DNA of 64,000 nucleotides from an uncultured cyanobacterium (GTDB lineage: Bacteria > Cyanobacteriota > Cyanobacteriia > Cyanobacteriales > Nostocaceae), in contig OY970166.1 of the NCBI GenBank assembly GCA_963706595.1, positions 5,120,001-5,184,000 on the forward strand, written 5' to 3'. Position numbers and translations under genes: made by a program. Shown here one piece after another: positions 39,895 through 51,986 of the stretch (its first letter is position 1; each line of letters opens with the position of its first letter). The notes under the pieces were generated by a model. That model saw only the letters and a program-made list of their open reading frames with translations. It was not told the origin of the DNA and made no database searches.

Positions 39895-42800
39895 TTACTT
39901 TTTGCTGATGGCATGGTGCAAGCTATTTAATAAATCTGGCGCTGTGTAGGGCTTGGCAATAACTAGCTGGACAGCAGGATGATCTGCATTTACCAAAGAT
40001 TCCTTCGGGTTAATGCCGCTACAAGCAATGATTTTTACCTGTGGGTTCATTTTTTGTAAGGTGCGAATGGCGGTGATGCCATCCATTTCCGGCATCATAA
40101 TATCCATTAAAACGGCACTGATTTGCTTTTTGTGCTGGGCATAAAGTGCGATCGCCTCAATGCCATTACTGGCTGTAAGAGTTTTATAATTATATTTTTC
40201 CAGGACAATTTTCGCAATCTCCCGAATTTCAACTTCATCATCCACAAATAAAATTAGTTCTCCCTGTCCGGGAAATATTTCTACATTATTGATATCAAGG
40301 GATTGACTGACTTCCACCGCAGGCAAGAATACCTGAAATTTACTACCTTGATCAACTGTGCTTGATACATTCATAAACCCACCGTGGCTTTTGATAATTC
40401 CCAGCACTGTTGCCAGCCCCAATCCTGTACCTTTGCCGACTTCTTTGGTAGTGAAGAATGGATCAAAAATTTTATCTAATATTTCCGGTGGTATACCCAT
40501 TCCCGTATCGGCAACAGTCATCACAATATAATGGCCAAGTTTGGCATCAAGATTCATGCGGGCATAGGCTTCATCAATAAACATATTCTTTGTAGAAATT
40601 GTGAGCGTACCACCTTCTGGCATAGCATCACGGGCATTAACCACAAGGTTCATTAGCACTTGATGTAGTTGTGTCGCATCTCCAGAAACAGCCCACAGGT
40701 CTTCTGGTATGGTGATGGCAAATTCGAGGGATTTGGGAAATGTTTGTTGGGCTATCTGAGTAATTTCCGCAATCAGATGCTTGAGTTGAACTATGGTGCG
40801 CTCTCCCTTAAATCCGCGCGCAAATGACAAGACTTGTTTGACTAAAGCCGCCCCTCGGATGGTGTTGTTTTCAATAATTTGTAGTAGGTTTTGATAATGC
40901 TCTTTGTCTTGAGCGAATCTGACCTGTAGCAATTGAGATGCTGCCAAAATAGGTGTTAAAATATTATTTAAGTCGTGAGCAATACCACCCGCTAGAGTGC
41001 CAAGGCTTTCCAATCGTTGAGTGCGTAAAAACTGCTCTTGGAGTTTTTTCTTTTCTGTAATATCAGTGTCTACAGAAAAAATGGACTTCGGTTTTCCTAC
41101 TGAGTCATACATCAGCGTCCAACGGCTGGCTACGACAATTTCTTGCCCAGATTTAGTCATTTTACGTAACTCACCCTGCCACGAGCCGGATTCAATTACA
41201 GCTTTTATACAGACTGGAAGATGTGGCGAATTTTTTTGGCAAAAAAGCTCCTGGGGGTCTTTGCCTAAAGCCTCTTCGGCTCGCCAACCATAAATCCTCT
41301 CTGCACCTTGATTCCAGAATAAGATTTGGCTTTGGAAATCTCGAACTAAAATCGCATCAGTGGCAATATCAAGTAAGGCTGCTTGCTCGCTAATTTTCTC
41401 TTGGGCTTGTTTGCGATCGCTAATGTCAGAAAAAGACACAATTACCGCATAAGGAAGGGGGTCATTGTCGTGAAACAAGGGTTGGGAATTAATGGAAATC
41501 CAGGTGAGTTGTCCATTGGGCTGATAAATTCCCATGACCACATTCGAGCAAGGTTTTCCGGTACGTAAAGTCACAATTGATGGATGCGTTTCACTAGGGA
41601 AGGGAGAGCCATCTTCTTTGATAGTTTGCCACCTGGGTTCGTCAGAGGTGTGGTGGAGTATTTGGTCTAAAGTCCGCCCCAGAATTCTTTGGGCGCTGGC
41701 ATTACAGGCAACTATATTGCCATTAGCTTCTTGGAGCATGATCCCCTCCTGCATGGCAGCAACGACGGAACGATAACGTTCTTCACTGGCTCGCAGTGCT
41801 GCTTCTGCCTCTTTGCGATCGCGTAGCGCTGCTTGCAGTTCGCCTATACACCTAGTTGTACCAATAAACCGGATTGGCTGACCCAGTTCGTTACAAAATA
41901 CTTTACCGTTTCCACTTAGCCAATGAATACTGCCATCTGGCCACACAACCCGAAATTCACTTTGATATTCACTTTTTTCCGCAATACTGCGAGCTATCAC
42001 CTCAGACAAATATTCCCTGTCTTCAGGATGAACTAACTTAAAAAATTCTTCTATGCTTTGGGAACTAGGACTATTGGATAAACCATAGAGCAACTCCATA
42101 TTGGCAGAACATATTACTTGATTAGTGCGGAGATCCCAGTCCCAAATCCCCATTTTAGTGGCTTCTAGGGCTAAAGTTAGTCGCTCTTCACTTTCTTGCA
42201 ATGATGCTTCAATTTGCTTGCGCTCGGTGATATCTTCGGCAAACCCGGCATTATATTCAATCTCTCCTTGTTGATTATGTATGCTAAAGCCCCGATCCCA
42301 GATCCAACGTATGGAACCATCAGGGCGGAAAATGCGATATTCGACATCAGCATACTTATCGTCCATCTGTCGTTGGTGTTTTGCCATCAGACGAGGAAGA
42401 TCATCTGGATGAATGGTTTCTATCCAAGAGTCAGGTTGGTCAGCCAGACTTTGGCAAGAACGATGCCAAATTTTTTCATAAGCAGGACTAACATACAAGT
42501 GCTGGCTGAAATCCGGCTTTGACATCCAAACAACTGCTTGGGCTTGTTCGGCAAAATTGCGAAATTTTTCTTCACTTTCTTGCAGCGCTAACTCCATCTG
42601 CTTGCGCTCGGTGATATCTCTGCCCACCCCCTGCAATTCCACCACTTCTTGGCTTTCATTCTTAATTGCTATAACGTTCCATTGCACCCAGCGCATACCC
42701 TTAACTGTCAACATACATAACTCATTAGTGATTAAGTTATGCGGTGGGGAGGTCAGGATGCTGATATTTTTGGTGATTTGAGGCAAGTCATCAGGATGGA

Positions 42801-44134
42801 AAAACTGAAAAACCAACTGACCAAGTAATTCGTGCAATTGCTGACCCAAAGCTTGGCAAACTACTGTATTGGCAAAGGTAATTTGTCCCTGCAAATCGAT
42901 CCGCATAATCAAGTCGGTTTGAGTTTCTACTAGCTGACGATAAAGTTTCTCGCTTTGCTGCAAGCACTCTTCAGCACGTTGGCGTTCAGTGTTTTCCTGT
43001 TGTAAAAGCTCGTTAGATAGGAGAAGTTCCTGCGTGCGTTCCCCTACCCGGATTTCTAACTCATTCCTGGCTTGAGATAATGCTTTTTCTGCTTGTTTAC
43101 GGGCGCTAATGTCACAAAGCAACCAGAGCCAACCCAGCTGCTTACCCTGTTTATATATCGCAGACTCTCAGACTCGCTGGGAAAGATGGCCCCGACCGTG
43201 GCTGGAGGTGAATTTCCCAGTCTTCTATCTCCTCTAATGTCTGTAGTTGAGACCTAAAGTCTGGGCGATCTTGTTCAGCAATAAATTGACTTAATTCTTC
43301 GCCTTTTAAATGATTTTGTTGTACAGACAGTAAGGTGGCTGCTGCATGGTTAGCTTTTTTAATCACACCTGTGGTATCGGTGACTAAATAACCATGAGGA
43401 GCGAACTCAAATAAATCCTGATAACGCTGACGCTCTAACTCGGCGGTTTCACGCGCCATCACCAGTTGTTCATTTTGTTGCCGTAGTTCTTCTTCCACCA
43501 CTTGGAGTTCTTCGAGGGCTTGTTGAAGTTCTTCATTAACTTGGATGACTTCAACGGTTTGTGCGTCCAACCATTTTTTTAAATGACTGTGCGTTTGGCC
43601 GCCCATTACCTCTGCTGGATATCGATTTTGCGGTAAGGTTTCCAAATCAAAGGTGTTGAGCAAGGTAGTTTCAGTGACCACCCCTACTAATTGCTCCTGT
43701 TGGTCTAAAATCGGCAGATGGCAAATTTGATGCTGGCGCAATAGTGACAAAACTGTAAAGATATCCTGGGAAGGGGATGGTGTCAGGGTAATGACTGGCT
43801 GTACCATCACTTGCGCGATTTTCACCTGAGATAAATTTATGCGGTTAGCCGTAACTCTAATGACATCTTTAGTTGTAAAAATCCCTAATAATTTGCCTTG
43901 TTCTACAACCAAAACACAAGTATTAGTTTGACGATAGTCTGTGCTGTGAATGAAAGCATTCGGGGAATTGGTTGGTGACGAATTAATAGTTCTTTCTTGA
44001 CTCATCAAGATAATGGCATCGACTACATAACTATCAGGGCTAATCGTTAAAGGACATCGATCAATAGCATGATATAAACTAGGCAAGTCAATTAGCTGAT
44101 TATTGGATCTCATAGTTAATTCATCAATTTTCAT
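39895..44134 (-). CDS. Hybrid sensor histidine kinase (CBS-CBS, multiple PAS, HisKA, HATPase, REC); frameshift near 43162
   Basis: H-box IAHDLNN, N-box [10 protein letters not shown]-boxes, REC MDIMMP; the two ORFs join as [24 protein letters not shown]. Confidence 0.9.
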
Positions 44135-45384
44135 GATCTGAATGACATCAGAACTACATAACGAAACATATACTGAGAAACTTGTTGATTATTAAAGATT
44201 ATTGCGGTGGAAAAGGCTATAAATCAGATTGCTGAAGATGAAGATGCTTGGTTTACAAAAAAGCCAGTCCTGGCTACAGCCTAAATAGGTATACAACCAG
44301 GGCTATGGAGGAAAATTTTGTAGTTCTCAAACCCATTGTATTCTTGAATTAGGGATAGATGATCTTTTACTTAAAGACATTACACTAATTAATCCTCTAA
44401 TCTAGAGGGGGTCAAACCACCCAGGCCAAATATTTAGGCGATCGCTTGATTTATTCATGTACTTTTACATACATATAATTCTTGCTTGAAAGATTGTAGA
44501 AACAGTATTTTCACATTACTTACTTAATAAAATATTCAAATCAAAAGTTTTAATTCATACAGGAATTGCAGGCTAGTAATTACTTGTGGGAAGGAAGAAC
44601 TGCCAGAATTTGTGACATTTCAAAATAATTCGGAAAACTCAACTAGGAGCTTTAGACCCAAAAACATGAAATTGCTTGCATCAAGTAATATTCATATATG
44701 AAGATTTTCTCCATCATCCTATAGTTCTCAAGAAGTAGACATTCAGTATCAACATAATAAATACCCTGATCAACTCAGTGTGTTATTGTTGCCTGATGAG
44801 TTTGTTTAGATCATGCAGGCTCACAATTTATCACCCAATCAGAGCCAAGATGGTTGAGACAACCTAACTGACAAATGTAATTGTATTGTCTCGCTAATAC
44901 CTCCACCCAAAGCATCAAGACAACTACCTCTGATAGCATATTTACGCCACTTTGCTAACCCTACTCCTCAACTTGTTAATATCCCAAAAACGTAACTGAG
45001 GCAAAATCTAGTTTTGAGTGCTTAGTTGAAGTTACTGCTGAGTTTACTAAACATCTGGTTTCTTTGAGTAAAGTTTTTACAGCTTGATTTCAAATCACGG
45101 AACTGTAGATTTTGACAGGGTGATATTATTTCTGGTGCTGATATTCCTGGACAAACAATTTAATCGGGTGTGATTAAAAATCAGGTGGCAAAAGGTAAAT
45201 TTGAGAACATCAAGGTAAGCCGATGAAGTAGAATGCATAAGTATATATGCATGAGGCTTGTTTCTAGGCAAGAAAAATATTCGTACGTTTATTTACTCCA
45301 TGACGCTTGAGCATGATTGTAGTTTTACGGATTTACTGATCAAAATATTTGTATATTAAGGATGATATCAGAGGCATTACGGAA

Positions 45385-46521
45385 ATGGATCAAATTGTGA
45401 TCAACGACACAACTTTGCGTGACGGGGAACAAGCTGCTGGTGTGGCTTTTAACTTACAAGAGAAAATAGCGATCGCTCAATTACTCGATGCCATTGGAGT
45501 CCATGAGTTAGAAATCGGGATTCCCGCCATGGGTAAAGCAGAACAACACGCCATAGCGACAATTGCTGACTTAGGTTTACAAGCGAACCTTCTAGGTTGG
45601 AACCGCGCCGTAATTTCAGATATTCAAGCTTGCATAGATTGTGGTTTGCAGCGAGTGCATATATCTATACCTGTGTCTGCGATCCAAATTACCGCTAAAT
45701 TTGAGGGAAAATGGCAGGTAGTTTTAGAGAAACTGCGAGATAGTATCAGCTTTGCCCTTGATCATGGATTGTTTGTTTCCGTAGGCGGAGAAGATTCTTC
45801 CAGAGCCGAGTCAAAATTCCTTTTGGATGTAGCGCTTTATGCTCAAGAATGTGGTGCATCACGGTTTCGCTTTTGTGACACAGTAGGAATTCTCGATCCT
45901 TTCACAACTTATACAGAAGTTAAGCAATTGGTAACAGCATTATCCATACCCGTAGAAATGCATACGCACAATGATTTTGGTTTAGCAACTGCTAACTCTC
46001 TAGCCGGAATCAAAGCGGGCGCTTTATCAGTGAATACAACAGTCAATGGTTTAGGCGAAAGAGCCGGAAATGCGGCTTTAGAAGAAATCGTCATGGCTCT
46101 CAAACGCATCCATAATACTAATTTAGGTATCGATACTTCTCGCTTACTGGAAATTTCCCGACTTGTAGCATCAGCATCAGGGTTTAATGTGCATCCTTGG
46201 AAAGCAATTGTCGGCGAAAATAGTTTTGCTCACGAATCAGGTATCCATGCTCATGGTGTACTCCAAAACCCTGATACTTACGAACCCTTTGCACCCGAAG
46301 AGGTAGGAGGCGAGAGGCGTTTGGTGTTGGGTAAGCATTCAGGAAGACATTTATTGTCTAACGTGCTGGAGCAGCATGGGATTTCTCTGAACCCAGAAGC
46401 CATGAAATCTGTTTTAGATGCGGTGCGACAAGCGTCTATGGAGAATAAGCGGAGTTTAACTACACAAGAACTTTTACATTTAGCTGAAACACACCTAAAT
46501 AACGCGGTTCAGACGCGATAA
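45385..46521 (+). CDS. nifV: Homocitrate synthase (stand-alone copy)
   Basis: [44 protein letters not shown] and HESGIH; no LeuA regulatory domain. Confidence 0.9.
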   Translation: MDQIVINDTTLRDGEQAAGVAFNLQEKIAIAQLLDAIGVHELEIGIPAMGKAEQHAIATIADLGLQANLLGWNRAVISDIQACIDCGLQRVHISIPVSAIQITAKFEGKWQVVLEKLRDSISFALDHGLFVSVGGEDSSRAESKFLLDVALYAQECGASRFRFCDTVGILDPFTTYTEVKQLVTALSIPVEMHTHNDFGLATANSLAGIKAGALSVNTTVNGLGERAGNAALEEIVMALKRIHNTNLGIDTSRLLEISRLVASASGFNVHPWKAIVGENSFAHESGIHAHGVLQNPDTYEPFAPEEVGGERRLVLGKHSGRHLLSNVLEQHGISLNPEAMKSVLDAVRQASMENKRSLTTQELLHLAETHLNNAVQTR

Positions 46522-46587
46522 ATCAAATTAGACGCGATAAATCAAATTAGACGCGATAAATCAAATTAGACGCGATAAATCGCGTCT
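46511..46587. repeat. 19-nt tandem repeat x3 fused to a REP palindrome
   Basis: AGACGCGATAAATCAAATT x3, then AGACGCGATAAATCGCGTCT. Confidence 0.95.
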
Positions 46588-48150
46588 CTACAAAACGGTA
46601 TTTTGGGATGAAGCGTCAGCACCAGAACCATATTTCCACGCGTCAACTAAACGATGCCAATAATATTGTTGCTCAATGGGCTGATTTTTTATCCATGTTT
46701 CTAATATGGGACTTAACTTAAATAAGGCAGTGTAAATACCTAAGTTACTGTAATGCACTAGCCAATCTAGTAAACTCAGTAAACCAACTTGGGGAATGAT
46801 TTTGGCAATTAATCCTGGATGAAATAAACCAGTTTTTAATAGTGTTTGTGTGAGTCCCGAAAACTGCACTACATCTTGCAAAAATGGTTTTAATACTGGT
46901 GTTCCCAATTGCTGCATTTCCTCAAATACCGCCTTGAGTAGTTGGTTAATTTGGTCTGGGGCTATTTTCTGATTTATCCCCACACTCATGGCTTGTTGAA
47001 ACAACCAGGTGACTGTCAGGTTGGGTTGATAGGGTTGCAGGAGGGCTAAATTTTGGGCAGATAATTGATTGCTTTGTACTGCTTCATGAATACCATAAGT
47101 TAACCGCTTGAGGTGACGTACCATCGCCCCAAATCCGCCGAAACTCAAGGGAGATTGACTACCACTGCTGTCTCCCACTGTTAACAGGCGATTCCAAGGG
47201 GTTTTGATGGGGCTTTGGCGATAGGAAGGAAAGAAGCCAAACAGCGCTCGTTGAAATTGCAATTGGTTTAATTCCACACGCTGATATTTTGGTAGGAGTC
47301 GCAGATATTCTTCAAACAATGCGGCTAAAGTCAGGCGTTGTGGTTCTGCATCCATGTAGGTAAATAAGTAAGTCGTTCTCCCGTCTTTAGCTGGGAAGGC
47401 TTCCCAAAAGTATTGACATTGATTTTCTAAGGGTGTGAAGGAATATAGCAAGTCGCCAGTGGTATTTTCTGGGAAACCTTGGGCGCAACTTCCTACGACT
47501 AAGCATAAAGCGTCTGGTTTTTTACCTTGGCGGGCTTGGCGGGTGATGGGAGAAAAATTTCCCATTGCGTCGATTAATAATTTAGTTTTGTATTGGTTAT
47601 TGACTATGACTCCTTCTGGGTGAACTGTTGCTTCAGTGAAGGGTGTGTTTTCTAACAAGTTTCCCCCAGCAGCGAGAAATCGGGTTTTTAATGTATCTAG
47701 TAGATAAACTGGATCTACGCCAATATTTAAGACATCTTCTACCCAGATTTCTGTCCCACCAGCAAAACTGACTCGTGCGGGGTTATATTTAGTTGCGATC
47801 GCCTGTTCTAATTCTTCAATACTCAGCAAGTTTAATTCTACAAATACTTCTAATTCTGGGCGAGAAATATTCCATTCTTGTTCTCTCCCCCGTAAAATTC
47901 CCCGTTCCATTAACGCCACCCGCAATCCTTTAACTGCTAAGGCGGAAGCAATTAAAATCCCTAAAGTCCCACCACAAACGATGACATCCCACTCTACAGC
48001 GTCTAATGGTTGCTGACTTTCTTTAACTACCGTGGGGATGGGGGCGGTATTTTCTCTGATGGATGTTAAAAGGCGATCGCCTTGGCGCAAACCGCCGATC
48101 ACATCGCCCGGTAGTTGAGAGAGAATTTCTTCAGTTAAAGATGGGGACAT
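46588..48150 (-). CDS. cruP: CruP-type lycopene cyclase paralog (FAD-dependent)
   Basis: VCGGTLG, GREQEWNISR, QYFWEAFP, QSPLSFGGFG and WKYGSG motifs of the CruA/CruP family. Confidence 0.8.
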   Translation of the reverse strand: MSPSLTEEILSQLPGDVIGGLRQGDRLLTSIRENTAPIPTVVKESQQPLDAVEWDVIVCGGTLGILIASALAVKGLRVALMERGILRGREQEWNISRPELEVFVELNLLSIEELEQAIATKYNPARVSFAGGTEIWVEDVLNIGVDPVYLLDTLKTRFLAAGGNLLENTPFTEATVHPEGVIVNNQYKTKLLIDAMGNFSPITRQARQGKKPDALCLVVGSCAQGFPENTTGDLLYSFTPLENQCQYFWEAFPAKDGRTTYLFTYMDAEPQRLTLAALFEEYLRLLPKYQRVELNQLQFQRALFGFFPSYRQSPIKTPWNRLLTVGDSSGSQSPLSFGGFGAMVRHLKRLTYGIHEAVQSNQLSAQNLALLQPYQPNLTVTWLFQQAMSVGINQKIAPDQINQLLKAVFEEMQQLGTPVLKPFLQDVVQFSGLTQTLLKTGLFHPGLIAKIIPQVGLLSLLDWLVHYSNLGIYTALFKLSPILETWIKNQPIEQQYYWHRLVDAWKYGSGADASSQNTVL

Positions 48151-48271
48151 ATTCAGGTGATTCCAAGGGGCTATTAGTTTTCATCGTACATTTCCCACAC
48201 CTGTTTTACAGAATATTGGCCAGAGCTTTTTGGTAAAAATAGTAATTAAGTCTGATTTAGTCCTAATTTAG

Positions 48272-48421
48272 GACTTTTCACGGTATCGGGAAAACCCCTC
48301 TCCAAACCTCTCCCCTACAAGGAGAGAGGCTTTAATTTTTCCCCCTTCCCTCGCAGGGAAGGGGGTTAGGGGGTTAGGGGGTTAGGTTTCACGTTAATTT
48401 TTCCACATAACGTGAAAAGTC
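48272..48421. mobile_element. 150-bp MITE with REP palindromes
   Basis: Terminal inverted repeats GACTTTTCACG / CGTGAAAAGTC; internal CCCCCTTCCCTCGCAGGGAAGGGGG; truncates the adjacent transposase remnant. Confidence 0.8.
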
Positions 48422-48699
48422 AGGCTAGATATCGGGGGTTTTGTCGCAAGTACAAGCCAAAGCCAAAATCAGAAAAGCGTAACCACTGGGGAAGCAAGCC
48501 GTTAGCGGGAATGAAGTTTAAAGGAAAGCTGAATAAAAAGAAAACATCACCAGGACAAATGAATTTAACTTGGAACAACTGGGAATCAACAGACCCAGAA
48601 ATTCAGGAAGTAGCTGATAAATTTGTCATGGCGAATTGCTATCAACCACCAGGGGGGAGTGCCAGGGAACGAAAACCGGGAAACCTTGAAACTTCGTAG
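48422..48699 (+). mobile_element. C-terminal remnant of a RAYT-like transposase, paralogous to 14382-14830
   Basis: YRGFC.KYKP.PK....HWGSK.L......KKTSPGQM.L.W..WE..D....EVA..FV.ANCY is shared with the 14.4 kb copy. Confidence 0.75.
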
Positions 48700-48740
48700 A
48701 AAAGTCGGCAATAAAAAATGTTTATGATTGACTGAAAGCT

Positions 48741-51248
48741 TTATAGGTTACAGTTTACAACTCTCTGCGCGAGAGAAGAGTAATTTTCACGCATACAATA
48801 ACTAAGGCTGACCCCATTTATGACTTTTACGTTCACCGCGTTCGTCCATATAATCCCTTGTTTGTATTTACGCTCCTGAACACTCAAACCAAAGCGACCA
48901 TCACTATATTGCACCCAAAGTTGGTCAATGGTGCGGAGGTCAGAACAGGGAAATTTTTCTATATCTTCACTAGATAAGTAACCTTGACTTTCTCGGTTAG
49001 CCACCTTGAGCATCATTTTAGCTGTTTCCTCATCAGCTTCCTGCCAATTTCCAGCTATCAAGTGTTCTAAAAGTTGTCTGTATTGTGGCGGCCATTGGTC
49101 TTTAACAACCCTTATTCCTTCTCCATCAGTGCGGTTTTCCTGAGTCCAACAAGTAAGATAATTCTCATCTCTTGCTGGATACTGTTTTGCTTCTGCTTCC
49201 GTGGGTAATCTATAACGAATTAGGTTGTTGTTAAAATTAGAATTAAAACTCAACCAAGCACAAAAACGATTAGCAGCTTGAAAAGTAATGCCAGTAACAG
49301 GTTGAGTACGAGCAATATATTTTAAGTTCAAGTCCCATAAGTCAAATAAGTGATATTCTGCAATTGTAATGTATCCCTGATCAATTTTTTGCGTTTCATT
49401 AATTCTCAATAAATTATTCAACCTCCTTGATAGTTTTACCTGTGCTGCTATTATAGCAATTTCTAGGTCAGGGGATTCCAAACCAGCTTCGAGAATATTT
49501 TCAAGTTCTCGCCGTGTTTGTGGTTCTACTTCCTTACTTTCTTTCCAACAATCATAAGCTAAAGTTAAGGAAGCAACCGTCTGATTTTGTAACGCTGCTT
49601 TAATCAATTTTGTGGCATCACTTTGAGCAGCATAAAGGCGAATTGTTTCTGCCCACCAAGGATTATCCAAATTATCAATTAATATTTGGTTATCAATTAA
49701 TATTTGTTTTTGCTGCAACTCTTTCACCTCAGCCGCAGCTAAATATTCCTGAAAACTCAAATGAGCAAATTCAAATTTGCCTTGCTCTTTTTCCACTATT
49801 AAACCACTCACATCTTTAACTTGTTCTAAAAATTCTCCTGGTGTTAGTGTATTATTAACTATTGTTTGTAGCTTCCTAGCAATTAAACTCTCAACTTCTG
49901 CTGGTGCAAAAGTGCGAGTTTTCTTTTGCATCAAATCCAGCGCTAAAACTTGTAATACTGATTTATTTTGGTCAGATGTAAGAGGTGCTGTGATTTCCTT
50001 AGCAGCTTGTCGAGTTCCTAAAAGTAAATCACAAATTTTTTGATAAAGTTCCACCCTTTCTCCTGGTAATGCACTACCGTTATAATGAACAGTAGCAATC
50101 ATTGTCACCAATAGCGGATTGGTTGCCATATCAGCAATAGCACGATTATTAATAATCCGATCAATTAAATCTGCGGCATTTTTCTCAGATTTTGCTTTTA
50201 CAGCTTGATTATTTTTCCCAGCGCGACTTCTAATTTCTGTTTGCAGATACCAACTATTAATAAATTGCTTCATCTGCTCTAAAGTGAAAGGTAGAACTTT
50301 TAAAATAACTCCTACTTGATCCACAGGCGCACTACTATAACCATAAGGACGAGAAGTAATAATAAAAGCTGTTTGGCGATAAATAGCCATTTGCTGATTT
50401 ACCCATGCACTTACCTGCAAACGTTTTTCACTATCAGCAACTTCATCCAATCCATCCAACATGACTAAACATTTACCATTCTTTAACTGTTCATTAAACC
50501 AGTCTGTTTGGGGGTTTAGTTCAGCAAAAGCAGGTTGGTTTTTTAAGTGATTAGTAATTAATTCTGGTAAGTTAGGAGGTTGTTGGCTGGTAATTTCTTC
50601 ACGGATATCGCGCAGGTACAATAACACTGGTAAAAATTGCGTTGCTTTATATTTGCTATAACCATTTTTGGCATAGGTCAAAGTTAAATGCTTGAGCAAA
50701 GTTGTTTTACCATATCCAGGGGGAGCGATAACAGCCATGCGGCGAAAACTATTTTGTTGAGAAATAGCAGCTAAAAAATCCCAAATTTCTTGATTTTCAG
50801 AATGTTGACTGGTGTGTTGAGTCGTAACCATTGCACCAGAAATATTTTCTAAATTACCTGTCTCAACTTTTAATGGTACAAATACATCCTCTAAATCTAA
50901 TACAGGTAAGCCAATTCTGAAACCCTCAGTTTCAAAGTCACAATAAAAATCGACTAATGCTTTTTTATACTTACTCTCAAATCCTGAAAGTTTTTTAATA
51001 ACTTTTTGTGGTAAATCGTCTGCTTGTTTAGCAGTCCATTCTCCAGCTTGTTTACCTTTTTCTTCTGCTTTGGTTTCTACGGCTTTCATAAATTCGCCGC
51101 TAAACTTCACCCAAATAGAGGAACTAGCAGTGAGAAAAGTAGAAATTACAGCCTGTGTCCATTGTTGGTTAAGGAGAAAATGACCTGTTACACCAACTCC
51201 AGCACCAGTAGGAAACCATTGGAATAATGCCTGTGTAATCTTTTGCAT
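48741..51248 (-). CDS. NACHT NTPase with partial FGE/C-type-lectin-like segment and C-terminal GUN4 domain
   Basis: APPGYGKT, MLDGLDE, ITSRP, NPLL and FAHLSFQEYLAA; QPVTGITF..A..FC.WL...YRLPTEAE; W..AD.ET..MML...FPC.DL.TIDQLW..YS.GRFG.SVQ; SSLAQRVVNCNL. Confidence 0.9.
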   Translation of the reverse strand: MQKITQALFQWFPTGAGVGVTGHFLLNQQWTQAVISTFLTASSSIWVKFSGEFMKAVETKAEEKGKQAGEWTAKQADDLPQKVIKKLSGFESKYKKALVDFYCDFETEGFRIGLPVLDLEDVFVPLKVETGNLENISGAMVTTQHTSQHSENQEIWDFLAAISQQNSFRRMAVIAPPGYGKTTLLKHLTLTYAKNGYSKYKATQFLPVLLYLRDIREEITSQQPPNLPELITNHLKNQPAFAELNPQTDWFNEQLKNGKCLVMLDGLDEVADSEKRLQVSAWVNQQMAIYRQTAFIITSRPYGYSSAPVDQVGVILKVLPFTLEQMKQFINSWYLQTEIRSRAGKNNQAVKAKSEKNAADLIDRIINNRAIADMATNPLLVTMIATVHYNGSALPGERVELYQKICDLLLGTRQAAKEITAPLTSDQNKSVLQVLALDLMQKKTRTFAPAEVESLIARKLQTIVNNTLTPGEFLEQVKDVSGLIVEKEQGKFEFAHLSFQEYLAAAEVKELQQKQILIDNQILIDNLDNPWWAETIRLYAAQSDATKLIKAALQNQTVASLTLAYDCWKESKEVEPQTRRELENILEAGLESPDLEIAIIAAQVKLSRRLNNLLRINETQKIDQGYITIAEYHLFDLWDLNLKYIARTQPVTGITFQAANRFCAWLSFNSNFNNNLIRYRLPTEAEAKQYPARDENYLTCWTQENRTDGEGIRVVKDQWPPQYRQLLEHLIAGNWQEADEETAKMMLKVANRESQGYLSSEDIEKFPCSDLRTIDQLWVQYSDGRFGLSVQERKYKQGIIWTNAVNVKVINGVSLSYCMRENYSSLAQRVVNCNL

Positions 51249-51328
51249 CTGACGAACTTTATGGAAGATATTGATACAGTTACGCTTAAATACGTCTTTA
51301 ATAAAAGATGATACGCTAATTTACTTAT

Positions 51329-51473
51329 CTGACATCTTGCACTAAGCCCTGGCGATTAGAAATCGCGGCTATACAAACAAAGTCCGCCTACGCGGACTCA
51401 CAGAAAAACAAGGGTTTTTAACCCACGTAGGTGGGTTTCGCCTGTGTAGCCGTGACTTCCAGTCGCCTGGTGC
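51329..51473. repeat. Multi-hairpin dispersed repeat (related to the cargo of the 30.8 kb MITE)
   Basis: GCGATTAGAAATCGC, AGTCCGCCTACGCGGACT, AACCCACGTAGGTGGGTT and GACTTCCAGTC hairpins. Confidence 0.75.
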
Positions 51474-51494
51474 TTTTCTATTCTCGTTAAAAAC

Positions 51495-51986
51495 CTAAAT
51501 CTGATACCAAGCAGTCAAAGCCACCGCCAAAGCATCAGCAGCATCATCTGGCTTAGGAATATCGTCTAAATCCAACTCTCGCGCCACAGCATCTTGCACT
51601 TCCGATTTATCGGCATTACCATAACCTGTTAAGGCTAGTTTAATTTGGCCAGGAGTAAATTCAACATAGGGCAGCTTATGCTGTGCCAAAACCAACATCA
51701 GTACACCCCTAGCCTGTGCCACAAGAATTGTATTTGCCATCCGATAAAAGAACAATTTTTCAATTGCTACCAAATCTGGTTGTAATTCCGAAATCACGGT
51801 GTGCAAATCGTCAAACAAGGTACACAGGCGCTGTCCCATTTCCATTTTGGATGAAGTCTGGATGACTCCGAAATCTACCATACTCACCGACGTATCCGAA
51901 ATTTTAGCCGAAGTTTGGGTACAAGTAATTAGCCCAAATCCTAAAATTGCCAGTCCCGGATCTAATCCTAAAATGCGTTTTTCCAT
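51495..51986 (-). CDS. ruvC: Holliday junction resolvase RuvC
   Basis: [27 protein letters not shown] and DDAADALA. Confidence 0.95.
   Translation of the reverse strand: MEKRILGLDPGLAILGFGLITCTQTSAKISDTSVSMVDFGVIQTSSKMEMGQRLCTLFDDLHTVISELQPDLVAIEKLFFYRMANTILVAQARGVLMLVLAQHKLPYVEFTPGQIKLALTGYGNADKSEVQDAVARELDLDDIPKPDDAADALAVALTAWYQI

Noticed and set aside
46511..46587. Possible mini-CRISPR
   Set aside because: Units are identical and adjacent, with no spacers, and there are no cas genes in the window.
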